DNA from: Dimorphilus gyrociliatus
Lineage: Eukaryota > Animalia > Annelida
Assembly: GCA_904063045.1 (NCBI GenBank)
Contig: CAJFCJ010000036.1
Location: 139,737-203,736, forward strand
Direction of reading: 5' to 3'
DNA: 64,000 nt
Under the pieces are notes generated by a model, which worked only from the letters and a program-made list of their open reading frames with translations, was not told where the DNA came from and did no database searches. The position numbers and the translations under genes are program-made. Positions 25,278 through 38,131 of this stretch are shown here, one piece after another (position 1 is the first letter of the stretch; every line of letters begins with the position of its first letter).

Positions 25278-27179
25278 GAAATAAATTCAATATTAGATAA
25301 ATTATTTGTATTCAGTATCTATTTTCATAACTATGAAGGTAACAGATTGTTAATATCATTCTAAAAGTCAGCTTTTTGCTGATGGGGTCACGTGTTCATA
25401 TTATTTTAACAACTATAATACAAAATTCATTAAATTTCTACTCTAATTCGTGACAAAGAAATTTAGTGATAACCAAATAAAATCATAGCTATACCCCTCT
25501 CCTGGCTATTACAGATACAGTCACAGACAAAATCTTTCGTGCTATCTCTTTAGGCATGTTTTACTAATTTTATCCAATTCACAAAATTGTGAAGGAGAGG
25601 GTAGCAGAGTGGAGAACCTACAAGAGATCTCTGAATTATCCGAATCTGAGATGCAGCAGAGAGGTGAGTGGGGTATCCTCCATCAAAATACAAGCAGGGT
25701 TAAATAAATATTTGTAAATGGCCACTGCAAAGAACAATGAACAAAACTGGGTGCCAAAAAAATTAAAGAACACCTTCCATCATGCAGGAGAAGTAGGATG
25801 TTAACATGTGCTTCAATTGGATACAAGAGTGTACTAATTAGAAAATAGTTATACTCTCAAATGGATGTAGGTTTTCCCTTACTGGGCCTGATAATATTCA
25901 GACCTGGAGAAACTGTAATGAATTTCCATTGTTTTTGTTTATGAAACATAGCTACTTTGATTAGTTAAGAGGATAAAATTAATAAAAAATGCCAAAAATA
26001 GGAATCGCACGAAAAATGTCCTCTGTGACAGTTTACATATATTACTCTATTATACTTGAATAGAGTGGTTACAAGCAAAACATAGCTATCAGTGTAGACT
26101 AAAAAAGAGACAGATTATTATTCCTATAATAAGAAATAAATAGAGAAAAAAGGAGTTTCGAATACCTTTTTATCCTGCATTACGTCTAGGGATTGGGACT
26201 TTTACAATTTTTAATCGACTAGTTCACTATGACTGACAATTGATACAAGAACATGGCGGCGTAGTATGAAATATTTATAAATGGGAGAATATATCAGCCT
26301 ACATGTAATAAATATGATAAATGTTTGTTAGCTTTGCTTATACAAGTGAAAGTATACATAATTTAATAATTGTACTCAATGCTCTGTTAATCTAACCTGA
26401 TTAATAACAATGTAATATGTTTCTATAGGCTGAATTAACCATTTTAACCTTATAGACCAGAATATAGTTAATCTGAACAATAATACAGACATAGACAGAC
26501 ATCTTTTATAATTCCAAGTATGTATGAAACATTGGCTTTGTTTAAAAAATCCCTTGAACAGCTTGAAACATTTTTTTTAATAGTTGACAATTCCGTTCTA
26601 GATTTTGTGATTTATTATTAATAGTTGATAAGACACCAGAATTTTGCAGACATAGTCTTAAAAGGTCGGAAAAAAAATTAAATATTTTGTTGTAAAAACA
26701 TTAATTAGTCAAAAAAAATTCCTATGTAGTCAAGTCAAATTCATTATTGATTATAGAACTGATGATTTTCTAAATAGATATATAAATAGAACTGTCAATT
26801 TGGATAATAGTTCATTATTATTCCTTGGGAAAGATAATATTCAAAATTGAAAATGTTATGTTTCTGTGATGAACTAGATGGGTTTTTTGGTTCATGATTC
26901 ACGAATCAGTACACGGAATACGAATCTCTTGTTTTGTGTTCTTGTTCTGGTTTATGTCCTAATAACGGGTTAAGAATATAAGAAAGCGGGTGAATAGATG
27001 AGTAGGGGATTTTATGCGTTGAGGTTACAATGGAAAAAAAATAAATTATGACGGATAGCTATTGCAGCATATCTGCAATATTTAATTCTAATAATCTTTA
27101 GGCCCAAGTCATGTTTTCTTGTAAAAGAAATATAAACTGGTACATATTTAAAAACTTATACTGTTGATTTGTTCATTAG

Positions 27180-30100
27180 CTAACATGTATTCTTTTCAAA
27201 AACACAAACATCTCCCCCAGTAAATGAACCAATAAGATCCAGATCAGGAGATGTTGGTGAATTGAATAAACAGCAAGTTTTATTAAGGAAATTATAAGAG
27301 AATAGATCCATTGAAAGTTTTTTCCAGTTTGTTATGCAATCCTCTATAGTTTGTTTCTCAATGATTTTATTACAAACTGATAAATTAGGAGTTTTATGTT
27401 TTTTTAAGATTCCAATTTTTTTAGAGCATTTTTTTTTATTTTTAAAAGTGTCTTCGCCTGAAAAGAATGTTTGAAAGTAGTCAAAAATATAATGAAAAAA
27501 TTATTAATTTTACTTGGTTCGATTGGTGAAAATAATTGAATTTCACAAATGTCAACATCATTTAAAAAATCAACAATTTCAATGCGAACTAGATCTCCAA
27601 TTATCGCTTGGAAACAATTGATTTCAATAAGATAATTAACAGCTACCAATGTTGTAAAATTTGCACAATTTATCCAGTTTGATGAGTCATCGCTTTGATT
27701 ACCAACAAATATATTTAAACTTTTAAAATCTGAGAAAAAAATCAATTAGAGGAAAAATGTTGAAATATTTAAATTTTTGTTACTATTTATAGAATCCTGT
27801 CTTGGTTGAATAAGAATTTGTTGAACAGCAGAATATTTATGAAAAGTTATAGTTAAGGAATCCTGATTTGAAAATGATAATCTTACACATGAAGATTCTG
27901 ATGCAAAATCTCCGTCAATAACTTTTAAAGGACTTCTACCTGGTTGAAAGATATTTTTTTCAATTTCTTTATTAAAATAAACTTCATTTAATAGAATTTT
28001 GTAAAGCGATTTTTCGTTTTTAATTAATTTTCCAAAAGTATAAAATTCATAGATTTCAATTCGTTTATTTCTTGAATTTTTTACTAGAACAAATCGACCA
28101 ATATTTTCTATTATTGAACAATTCCAAATAACAATTTTTCCATATTCCAAATGATATATTGATGTTATTTCTTCACAATCCGAAGCAGTTATTGAATCTT
28201 CTTCATTTATCTTCGATCTTTCTTGGAAAAATTTGTAATCATTAAAGTATCTTTCAACATCTGTAACTGTTTTTTTTTTTTAAGAAATTATTTTAGAAAA
28301 TTGCTCTTGTATAGGCCTAAATTTACCATCATCTCTCGCTCTCATTTTCACACCAACGTACTCAATTTTGTATATGGCTAACAGATCAAAAATCATCCAT
28401 CCATCTGTTGTTGCTACAGATGCAAATGACGTTTTACTAAAACCGTCTGTTGCGTAATAAGGATAATTTTGATCTTGAACCGACGATAACCATACCGGTT
28501 TTCGCTCTGCTAAATTCTTTATATCTGTAAAAAAAAATATGTTCTACCAAAGAAAAGTTGTCTTTGTGTGTGTGTGTTTTTTTTACCTGTAAAATTTTGA
28601 TATAAACCAAAAACTTCAATTTGAGAAATTGGTAATTCAAAAGGTGATTTAAGAACAACAAACATTGCAAGTAGAACTTGCTCACAAGGTACGAATAGAC
28701 TATTTTTATTATAACTTGTAGTTTCCCTCAATTCTCGGCATTTCTCATTTGATTTAACGGTTTGCTCTACGTAAAAGTTTCTATTTACGGAGAAAATTTC
28801 AAGATCCCAGTATCCAATACCTGAGAAATCAAAACCGTATATTAAATACTTTGCTCCAAGAAAGACAGAAGTCCATGTTGACTTTCCGTGTATTCCCTTA
28901 GAATTCGTGTCAGTTAATCCATCTACTGCGTAACCTCCGAAATGTCCATCGTTTTGAACGCTCGACATAAGAACATCCGCTTGAATGGCTAAATTACCTT
29001 TTAATCAAAAAGGAAAAAGAAATGAGTTATTGGTATGTATGTGCGTATGTGTCTTTCTTTGTCTAAAATATTAATAATTTACTTGTATATATTTCCAATT
29101 CGCAAATTTTCAATAGATTTTCAGATTGTAGCGCAACGTAACGTCCGTGTAAAACGTGTTTTTCACATTCAACTATTAGTTTCTTACTGGTTAAAACCAT
29201 TTCAGTACCTTTAGAACAATAACTATAATCCGTAGGTGGAAGGATGACGTCATTTGGAGGTTGAGATAATACAAAGATATCAACTGTTTGACTTGATGCT
29301 AAAAATTATAAAATGAGAGAATAATTCATTCTTTATTACCCGTTTATTTTAATACAAACTTTGATTATCAGACAAATAAATAATAGTTTTTCTTATGTGA
29401 AAATTCTGCGTTAATTCTACAGCAATCCAAACGACAGAATCGCCTAATGATGTATCAGATTTTACAACTGTGCAACCTCCTAAATTCAAATTTGAATTTT
29501 TCACACCATCCACCAAATGCTTTTTGCTATGTATTAATGTATTTGTGATTTCTCCGCGAAACGTAATAGGCCTATTCAAGGCTACATTATGCTGTCCAGG
29601 AGATAAAGTACCATAGCATAAATTCCTGTACGATTGCGAATTTGGATTGAGGATAAATTTTTTAGATTTTGACCGTTCGCTAACAACTTTCATTGCATTT
29701 TCTATATTAGAAATTGACAAACTTTTCATCCAATCTTCCTGATTTTCAAGTAATCCGTATCCGGTTAATGGGCATTTTGTAGATGTTGTCCACAAGTATT
29801 CAATACACTGCAATATATGATTAGTTTGTTGGTTAGAACTTCCACAAACTGATTCTTTTTTATCTATTTTGAAACAAATTTTTTGGTGTTTTATTCTTTT
29901 TTTATAATTTAAGATTGAATTTAACCTTTAAATATAATAGTATAGTATGTTTTTTCAGTAGTAGAAACTGGTAGAATTGGATAAGCTATAGTTGTTTTAC
30001 CAGAACAAGAGATAATAGTGTTGTCAATATTATCAAATTCTAATTCAAAAGCTTCACAAAAATTGTCATTTGTACAAGTATTCAAACAATTCAAAGAAGA

Positions 30101-30444
30101 TGTAGGATTCACTGTATTAAAAACATCTGTTCCTGATAGTGTTCCATTTAGAACAAAATACTTTAAACCTACAAAGAAAAAGTTTGACATAAACAAGAAA
30201 CGCATTTCTTTTAAATTCTATATCCAATCAAATTACCTTCATCACAAATTGAGTAATTAAATGGACTTTGACAAACGCAGACGCCATTTTGGCAATTTCC
30301 AACGTTTAAACAATCCTTTTTAGTGGTACAACCAACTGTTTATTGAGTACTAATGAAAAAATTTAAATTAAAAAAAAATATTGTTTTACTTTTACCAGTT
30401 AATTGAAAAAATGAGAGGAAAATGTAAAGAATATAAATATTCAT
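27180..30444 (-). CDS. Secreted multi-exon protein: signal peptide, EB/EGF-like, PAN/apple, four F-type-lectin/discoidin-like repeats, C-terminal PAN-like segment
   Basis: Exon 30444-30396 MNIYILYIFLSFFQLT with a phase-1 donor. Next exon GCTTKKDCLNVGNCQNGVCVCQSP. PAN CLNTCTNDNFCEAF. Lectin repeats HNVALNRP...LVDG...WIAVEL and NLAERKPVWLSS...ATDG...WMIFDL. Last exon IEDCITNW...FSYNFLNKTCCLF. Confidence 0.72.
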
Positions 30445-32597
30445 TTCAAATGTTATCTTTCTATCTCTCTCTTTTCAGCAGTTAATAAACAAGATAGTGA
30501 GCAATATACAGTCAAATCTTCTAACTCTAAATGAATGATATACTATCAAATTTCCTTCATTAGCAATTCATAGATCATTAAGAATAGGGTGAAAGAAATC
30601 TATGATATGTTTATTGGATATTTTTTCCTTAGAAAAGAAAGTGAGAAGCTATTGGGAATTATTTATAGATGCCAAAAAGATTTTTAAAATGTTCTTATGT
30701 TATGTTTCATTTCAAATAATAGAAAATAAATCGTTTTTGTATAAATATTAACTGCTTATTAATGAACAATGTATTTTGAAGGGTAGAAATTTTATTGAAC
30801 AGTTTCTAGTTATTTAAAATACTCAACAGGTTTATTGAATTGAACTTATTTATAGAATATTATTTAAAGCCTATTTGGCCTAGCATTGGCCTACTATTAC
30901 TGTTTTCATTTCTACACTTCCAAGGTAAATGGAATGGAGGAAAAAAAGGAAAAGGCAATTGTTTTGCACTTGCAATAATTCAAAGTTAATATTTTTTTCA
31001 AATATATTTGAGTGAATTTCATCTTAATTACAAAAAAAACAGATAAATATGAATTTTTTTTGCCTGATCGTTTATCAGGAGCAATATATAAGGCAGAAGA
31101 CAAGAGAAAACTGGTAGGGATTATACTTAAACTGAATACATATCATATAAATAACTTATTGTTTGATGTGATAAAAAAAGCTATTGTTGCCAGATATATT
31201 GGATTTGAAATAAACAATAAGCAAATATCTTATTACAAATGATCTATCATCAACTTAATTGATCAATTATTGATTAATTTGCACTTGCAAAAGAGTTATC
31301 ACCTTAATGTATTACAATTAATTAAATTGACACTAAGATCTCTTGTAGGCCTATAATAGCAATAATAATAATAAGTTGAAAATTAATCCAATTGTAATCT
31401 CTTATTTTTGAAATACAAGTTATAAATAATGAAGAAAACTATTCAATTGAGATCTACTGACTCAATAGAATAATGTTATTAATATCATTGAATTTATTAA
31501 ATTAATTATTAAAGTATGTATATTATTATTCTTTGTTGGACTGCTTTCACTTAAACAAATTTAAAGAATTTGAGAAATAAACTTTTATAAAAAATTTGTT
31601 ATATGAATATGATGGATTGTTTGTTTGTTTTTTTCTTGCGGCCATTTGAAGATATTTTTGCAGAGGATTTTTTACAAATTTGAAAAATAAATAAATTTAT
31701 ATTTTGCAGATTAAATAAATCAAAAATGAATTTAAATGCCAATGTTTTGGAAATTACTTTGAGATAGAAACCTTTATTTGGAAATTGATCAATGTAGGAC
31801 CTATTGTTATCATTTTCCAAAATGTAGCTTTTTCAAAACGAAAGTGAATGTTAATCTTTTGATATTCTTATGAAAAATATGGCGACCATAAGGTAATTTT
31901 TGAAGATTCAGATACTAATTGAATTGTATTAGCTAAGAAGCCACTATAAACTAAGGGAATGGAAATTTTCCATAATTTTTGAACGTATCTTAGCTAATTT
32001 CAATATAAGAAACTGAAAGATAAAGATGGTATAATTTGTACTAAAAAGATCAGAGACATAGAGATATTTTCATTGATGATGAGCCTTTTATTATCTAATT
32101 TCATTGGTGAAATACAAGAAATTAATATAATTACAAATACGAAAATCACAACAAATATTTGAATATACAAATTACAATACTTACAAACTTTGAACCACAA
32201 AATAATTCATATGATATCACTAATTGCAAAAAGTGCTAAATTTGCTGTTGATCATGATTATTCATAAGCCATGCCAGTCCTCTAAAAATAACACCGAGAC
32301 TGAAAAGATTAACTATAAATCATTAAACAAAGTACTGTTTAAAANTTACCTATTCGAACATTTCACCCTGTTTTAAAAATTGGAAAAATAATTTTAATCC
32401 TAATGATATTTGTTGTCATGTTTTTATTGCTTAGCACATGGTTTTTTTCCTAAAAATGTAATTCTCACATTTGTACAAACAATTAATTATTAGGATGATC
32501 TGAATGATGTTTTCATTAATGAGAATGATTATTGCAGATATGACAGAAAATGCTTAAAAAATTAATGCTATATTTATTGAATATTTGGTACATACTA

Positions 32598-33379
32598 TTA
32601 TTCGAATGTATATGCGATATCATCTGCTGATTTCATTGAATTTGACCATTTAAATGAATATATTTTACCATGAAAATCCTTTCCACCACAGTAACCGAGG
32701 CATGTTCCTAATTTCAAATCACGAACTACAAAATTATTTGTGTTGGGTATATTAAGAAAGCCATAATTAACGCCATTCAAGTAGTAGTAAAGCTTCCGTG
32801 TGCTACTTTCATACACAAAAGCATAATAATCAAAAGGGTCTTCATTTAGAGGTTTTAATACAAGTCCATTCTTTACTAGTTCAGTATTTAAAAGAATTAA
32901 ACCCTTTCCCTGCAAGGAAAATTTAGGTGCGCTATGACTATCCCTATACAGATATATCTCCTGGGTGCTTGCATAACTAACAGGTAACATATATTTAAAC
33001 ACAACTTCTATTGAAAAATCCCCAGTGTAACTGCCAAAATCATTATCATGAAGAACCTATATATGAAAATGAAACATTTTCAAGTTAATTAGATTTGATT
33101 CTTTTTCTTTCTTAACGAAAATATGCTATCTATATGCTAAACTATTATTATTGAATAAGTTAAAAAACAACAAACTTTCAAATAATTGCCATTCCCAAAG
33201 TAAATTGAACCATCTGCATTGAATTTTGCGCCAGAGCCAATAATAGTACCTTTTTTGTTCTTTCCACCAATGTCAAATAGTTCTGTGTTTGCTGATAAGT
33301 GTTCACTACCTGTTTTATCATACCAATCATATAATAGAACAGTGTGTGAATCTTTGAATAGGAATTGTCTTCTTGATTC
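32598..33379 (-). CDS. Laminin G/pentraxin-like (ConA-type jelly-roll) domain protein; 2 exons seen, first exon not resolved
   Basis: Exon DESRRQ...LLYDW...FDIGGKNKKGTIIGSGAKFNADGSIYFGNGNYLK splices to VLHDNDFGSYTGDFSIEVVFKY...YYAFVYESSTRKLYYYLNG...LKLG...FHGKIYSFKWSNSMKSADDI. Confidence 0.7.
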
Positions 33380-33869
33380 ATCTGTTGAATCAAAAAAAGG
33401 AATAAAAATATATTTTCTTAATAAAATAGATTAAAAAATATTTACAAATATAAAAGTTGAGGATAAAAAAAAGATAAAAATGCAACACTTTTCTCATTGC
33501 TTTCAATTCCAGAATGCATATTTGCTAACCTGTTGCTCACCTTTGAATTATTAAAAAGAGCAAAAATATCACAATTACCAATAATCAATAGCTATATTCA
33601 GTTCTGAAACTCTAATATTCATTAAGAATGAATAGCTTTATCTATGAATTGATAGCTCCTTGTAAATGAATTATTTTATTATTCATGTTCTTCTTGTTTT
33701 TAAATAATCTCTAAAAATCTATAAATATCTAAATACAGGAAATTTATCAGCCTAATGCATGTGGTAAAAGTAAGTAGTATTATGTATGGAAAAAAAGTAT
33801 TGATTTCCGTAAATGTCAACTAAACTGGTGGATCAAGAAAAGGGATAATTATTTAAGAATAATCTAATA

Positions 33870-34040
33870 AATATTTATGTAATATTGAAAAAATTAAGGA
33901 AATAACGATATTTATGAATATTATAAGCAAAATATTTTTTTGTGATTTTCATCAATTTTTTCTTTACTTGTCTCAGCTTCATAATTATTGGAACATTCAT
34001 TTGACATCTGGTTTGGCATTTAAATACACAGCTTTCGAAT
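33870..34040 (+). mobile_element. Isolated fragment related to the left arm of the adjacent Tc1
   Basis: Aligns by eye with 34535-34685 (taatattgaaaaaa...attggaacatt...gacatc). Confidence 0.55.
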
Positions 34041-34152
34041 AGATGTGTTTTTTGACATATAAACATAGGTAGAGTAATGGACTGGGGGCTGATAACATTT
34101 GATGGTATTTATGAAATATTAACTTAAAACAGATAATAATAAGGGGTCAAGG

Positions 34153-34327
34153 TTGATAAGGGGTCAAGTCACGCGGGATGACAGCTCGGATGATCACTGA
34201 ATAGTGTCTGACAGACTTGTATAAGAACATCGATAAGTACGCTATGATCTGATAAATTGCTAATTTGTGTGTTGATAAATGAATACAAAATACAAAAGGA
34301 AAAGATATTTTATTGACCCCTTATCAA
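34153..34327. mobile_element. MITE-like element, 175 bp
   Basis: Perfect 15-bp inverted repeat ttgataaggggtcaa / ttgaccccttatcaa. A partial direct copy ataaggggtcaa lies at 34139-34150. Confidence 0.6.
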
Positions 34328-34396
34328 GACATAAACAAACACTGTTTCATGAATCAAGGTTCATGAAACGCCAATCTCGAATCACCCTCACATATA

Positions 34397-36061
34397 TAAA
34401 GTGGACGACATGTATATATGGACACAGTAAATTTTGATAGGCCAATTTTTAATTAATGGTTAAAATTGTTTGTCCTCTGCAAATTAGTATTTTTTGTCTA
34501 AATTTATATAGAAAAAGAGTTAAATTGACATAATATTGAAAAAAATTTAAGAAAATGATAATATTTTGTGAAGATTATTAGCAAATATTTTTAATAATTT
34601 TCATAAGTTTTTTCTTTATTTGGCTGCGTGACATGTTTATTGGAACATTGAGTAGACATCCAGTTTGACATTCAAATAAACATCTCAAACAAAAAATTTT
34701 TCAACTTTTTTCCTGTTTTAAGTTAAGTTAATTAGTTATTGAATATTCAAAATTACTGTACATAATTTATATTGTATTTTTTTAATTATGGTTTGGAGTC
34801 AAGATATAAGGGATTTGGTAATCAAGAAATATAGTGAAATAGGCAAATTAAGGGCAACAGCAAGAGTTTTAGGAATGGCACCATCATCAATTAGTAACAT
34901 ACTAAAGTATAAGAAGCCAGAACAAGACAATAGGGGAGGTCTAAAGAAGCTTTCTGACAGAGAGATAGTGAGGATGAAAAGAATTTTAAAGAAACTGAAA
35001 GATAACAAGCAAAGAGTGACAGCAGCAAAGATATTAAAAGAATTAGAAGTAGATGTAAGCATAAGAACAATACAGAGGGAGCTGAAAAGACAAAATTTCA
35101 AATATAAAAGAGTCAGACAAAGAACTGATCTCACCTCCAAAGACTGTAAATGCAGAAAAGCATACTGCCTCAAAGTTATTAGTGAAAATCTAGACTGGTC
35201 TAGGGTTATTTTTACTGATAAGGCTAGGTTTTCGCTAAGTGGACCTGACAATTTTAGGACTTGGACCAGTAATAGTGAAAAGGACTTCAGGGTCACAAAA
35301 AATATGGGGAGAGGTGGAGTATTGGTGTGGGGGTTGATAACCTCTGACGGCATATTTGAAGTCTGAAGGATAAGGAGCAAGCTGAATGCTGAAAACTATA
35401 GCTCCTTCATTGCGGAAGATGTTCTGCCTGTCATAGAAGAAATTGAGGCAAAAATGGGCAGGCAGTACATCTTCCAGCAAGACAATGCTGGCTGTCACAC
35501 TGCAAGAAAAACAAAAAGGGCCTTTAAAAGCCATAATATCAAGCCCATTGATTGGCCAGCAAGGAGCTCTGATCTAAGTCCAATAGAGAACATATGGCAT
35601 CTGACCAAGACAATGGTCTATGATGGTCCACAGTTTGAGACAGAGGATGAACTGTGGGAAAAGATTAAGAAATGCTCCTATGAGGTTATCAACAGAAATC
35701 CACTCTTGTTGCCAGGCTTATATGGGGGAATGGGCTGTAGAAAAAGCAAATGTATAGAAAGAGAGGGTGGGCACATACAAAAGTAGACCAAAAATTTAAC
35801 TATTGAACATTGTTCCAATAAACATGTCGCATGGCCAAATAAGAAAAAAAAATCAGAAAACTATGGTAATTTCTATAAAAAAAAATATGTAAAAACGTAA
35901 CTAACTGCTGTTTTAAAGAAATTTATATAAAATTGCAAGTTTAACCTATTATTAAACACTAAAAAAAATAAAAAAAATAATCTTTTTTCATCACAAAAAA
36001 GATTTTTAATATTTGGCCTATAAAAATTTGAGGTGTTCCAACACACCTGTTGTCCACTTTA
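34397..36061 (+). mobile_element. Full-length Tc1 (DD34E) transposon, 1665 bp, with one in-frame nonsense codon in the transposase
   Basis: Ends TA|taaagtggac and gtccacttta|TA, with long imperfect TIRs (outer and inner matched blocks). Transposase 34788-35786 is in one frame with TGA at 35364-35366. Motifs VIFTDK, QQDNA and SDLSPIE, with 34 residues between the second D and the E. Confidence 0.93.
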
Positions 36062-36369
36062 TATTTTCATTTTGGTAATTTTGTCTGTAATAGATGTATA
36101 TGTTTGAAATTTTCATATTTCCAACCAAATTATTGGACACATATCAAAATATATAAATATATTTGGCTTTTTTGTAAGATGGAAATTCAATTATATCAGT
36201 TACAAAGAACTCTTTATAAGAATCCCACAAATCTTGGGAAAAAGTTGTTCTTTTCCCACCTGCAAGTAGCAACTTTGATGTAAGTAATATTTGTATCTTT
36301 TAAAAATACAAGTAAAAATGATGAATTAACTTGAAAAGAAAAGTTGGAAGAAAGAGAAAATGAATGTTT

Positions 36370-37010
36370 TTAAAAAACCTTGTTTCTCTGGTAAATCTAA
36401 AATCACTCTTTTAATTTCAAGAACATTTTTCAAATCAATTCCTATATAATTTATTGTTTTGCAGATTCCGCCAGTCTCAATATAGGTGGAAAAGAATCCA
36501 TCACTCAGTATAGAGATAGAGCTTGGCCTTAATTCACTTCCATAAAAAACTTCAGTATTTTCTAAAGCAAACAGTTGATTGTCTAGAAAATTTTGAAGTT
36601 TTAATTGAAAATTAAAGACAAGAATTTGAAGTTTCTACCAGTTTCTTTTAATAAATTTCCTCTTATTTTAATATCTGTTATAGTCATGTAACTATCTTGA
36701 GTTTTCTGGAATCTGACAAACTGTCCCAGACAGTTGCATGCTTTACAAATATAACTGCTGTCCTCATGAAGAGTATACTGACTAACTTGACCAGTAAAAT
36801 TAAGATATAGAGATTTATTGTCCAAGGGAGTCATTGAATTGCTAACAAAAACTTGAAAATTTCTCAAATGATCTGTATTTTATTTAGTCGTTTCAAAGAT
36901 TTATAGATTTTTCTTTTCTATATCAAAGACTTACTAGAAATTCTGAAATTTCATAGTTACTCTGTAGGTCAATTAGTAAATATCCATTTACTATATTCTA
37001 CTAGTAACAA
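36370..37010 (-). CDS. Exons encoding F-type-lectin/discoidin-like repeats; gene boundaries unresolved
   Basis: NGYLLIDLQSNYEISEFL; RNFQVFVSNS...CNCLGQFVRFQKTQDSYMTITDIKIRG; ILSDGFFSTYIETG...YIGIDLKNVLEIKRVIL. All are bounded by plausible splice sites. Confidence 0.55.
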
Positions 37011-38131
37011 AACACTGACATTGTTCAATAATGATAAAATTTAAAAGTATTAAAAAATAGAATTTTTCCAAAACAATCATTATTTTCTCAAAAAATGATT
37101 ATTCCCTCTTCACTGGAACACTGTTTCTCAATAAATAACGTTCAACTACTGATTTTTATGAAGATATTTGTCAACTTGTTATCGAATAGTTTAAATAAAG
37201 TAGTAGCAACTATTATAAGTGTTATAGTAAAAAAGAATGAGCTAATTGCCATTTATGAATATTATTAGCCCTTGTTTTTGCCAAACCTTTTTGAATACCC
37301 CTAACCCTCCTGAGAACATATCAACAGTTATCTTATTCCTCCTAACCATTTCCCAGGCTGAAATCTAACTTTCAAATATTTCATTTATGGCCGTTTTCGA
37401 CTGCGAAAACTAATAAAGGGAAACATAAATTGTGAGAGTTTTGCTTTGCAAAGCTTTTTGTTGTTTGACAAAAATCTCATCAATAAGTTTTCTTTGTCAA
37501 TTAATATTAGAAGTTGATTCTAAGAAAAGTAGCGGTACTCGCTTTTGAATTATTAGATCTTGCTAATTGGCTCATAAAATATCGACAATTTCCTATTCAA
37601 TTCGCTACTTAGCTGCAATCATTAAATTACTTTACAGTAATTCATTAGAGGTTAGAAACTAGAGACAAGTCGAATATATTTGAGATAAAAAAAAGATTTG
37701 TCACAATTTAAATGCCAAATGCCAACAGTTTTATGATTTTATACTAACTCTAATCGAGCTCTAGAACCCGCGATAAGTTTTTCTTTGTTTCTTAGCTTGG
37801 GCCAAGCTAATTACAAAAAAGTTTGTTTTTTGTTCTGAATCAGTGAAAACGTCATGATCTCTATCTACAGGAAATATTGTAAATTATGCATATAGTTAGA
37901 ACAAACTGAATTGCAAAATATTTACTTAACAACCATAGAGTATTTGAATGAGCCTATGACTTAAAGCTTACAGAACATTTCTAAACGGGTAGTATGACTA
38001 TGAAAGAGTATATCACTATCAAATGAATAATATGATTTATGTAATATGTTTTTTATATTTAAATATTTTGAATGTGTAATGAAAAGATGTTCATCTTTCA
38101 GTATAAAAAATAAAAAGAAGAATGAAACTCT

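Noticed and set aside
25560-25830. GC-richer stretch as a LINE remnant or first TRPM exon
   Set aside because: All frames close quickly and I could not match any diagnostic motif.
31012-32200. Short ORFs (76, 73 and 66 aa), one hydrophobic, as a membrane-protein gene
   Set aside because: No recognisable motif or consistent splice phase, and very AT-rich. A decayed gene cannot be excluded.
32345-32345. Single N base
   Set aside because: An assembly ambiguity with no biological meaning.
34799-35534. Minus-strand ORFs of 193 aa and 99 aa
   Set aside because: Antisense shadows of the Tc1 transposase with no recognisable motifs.
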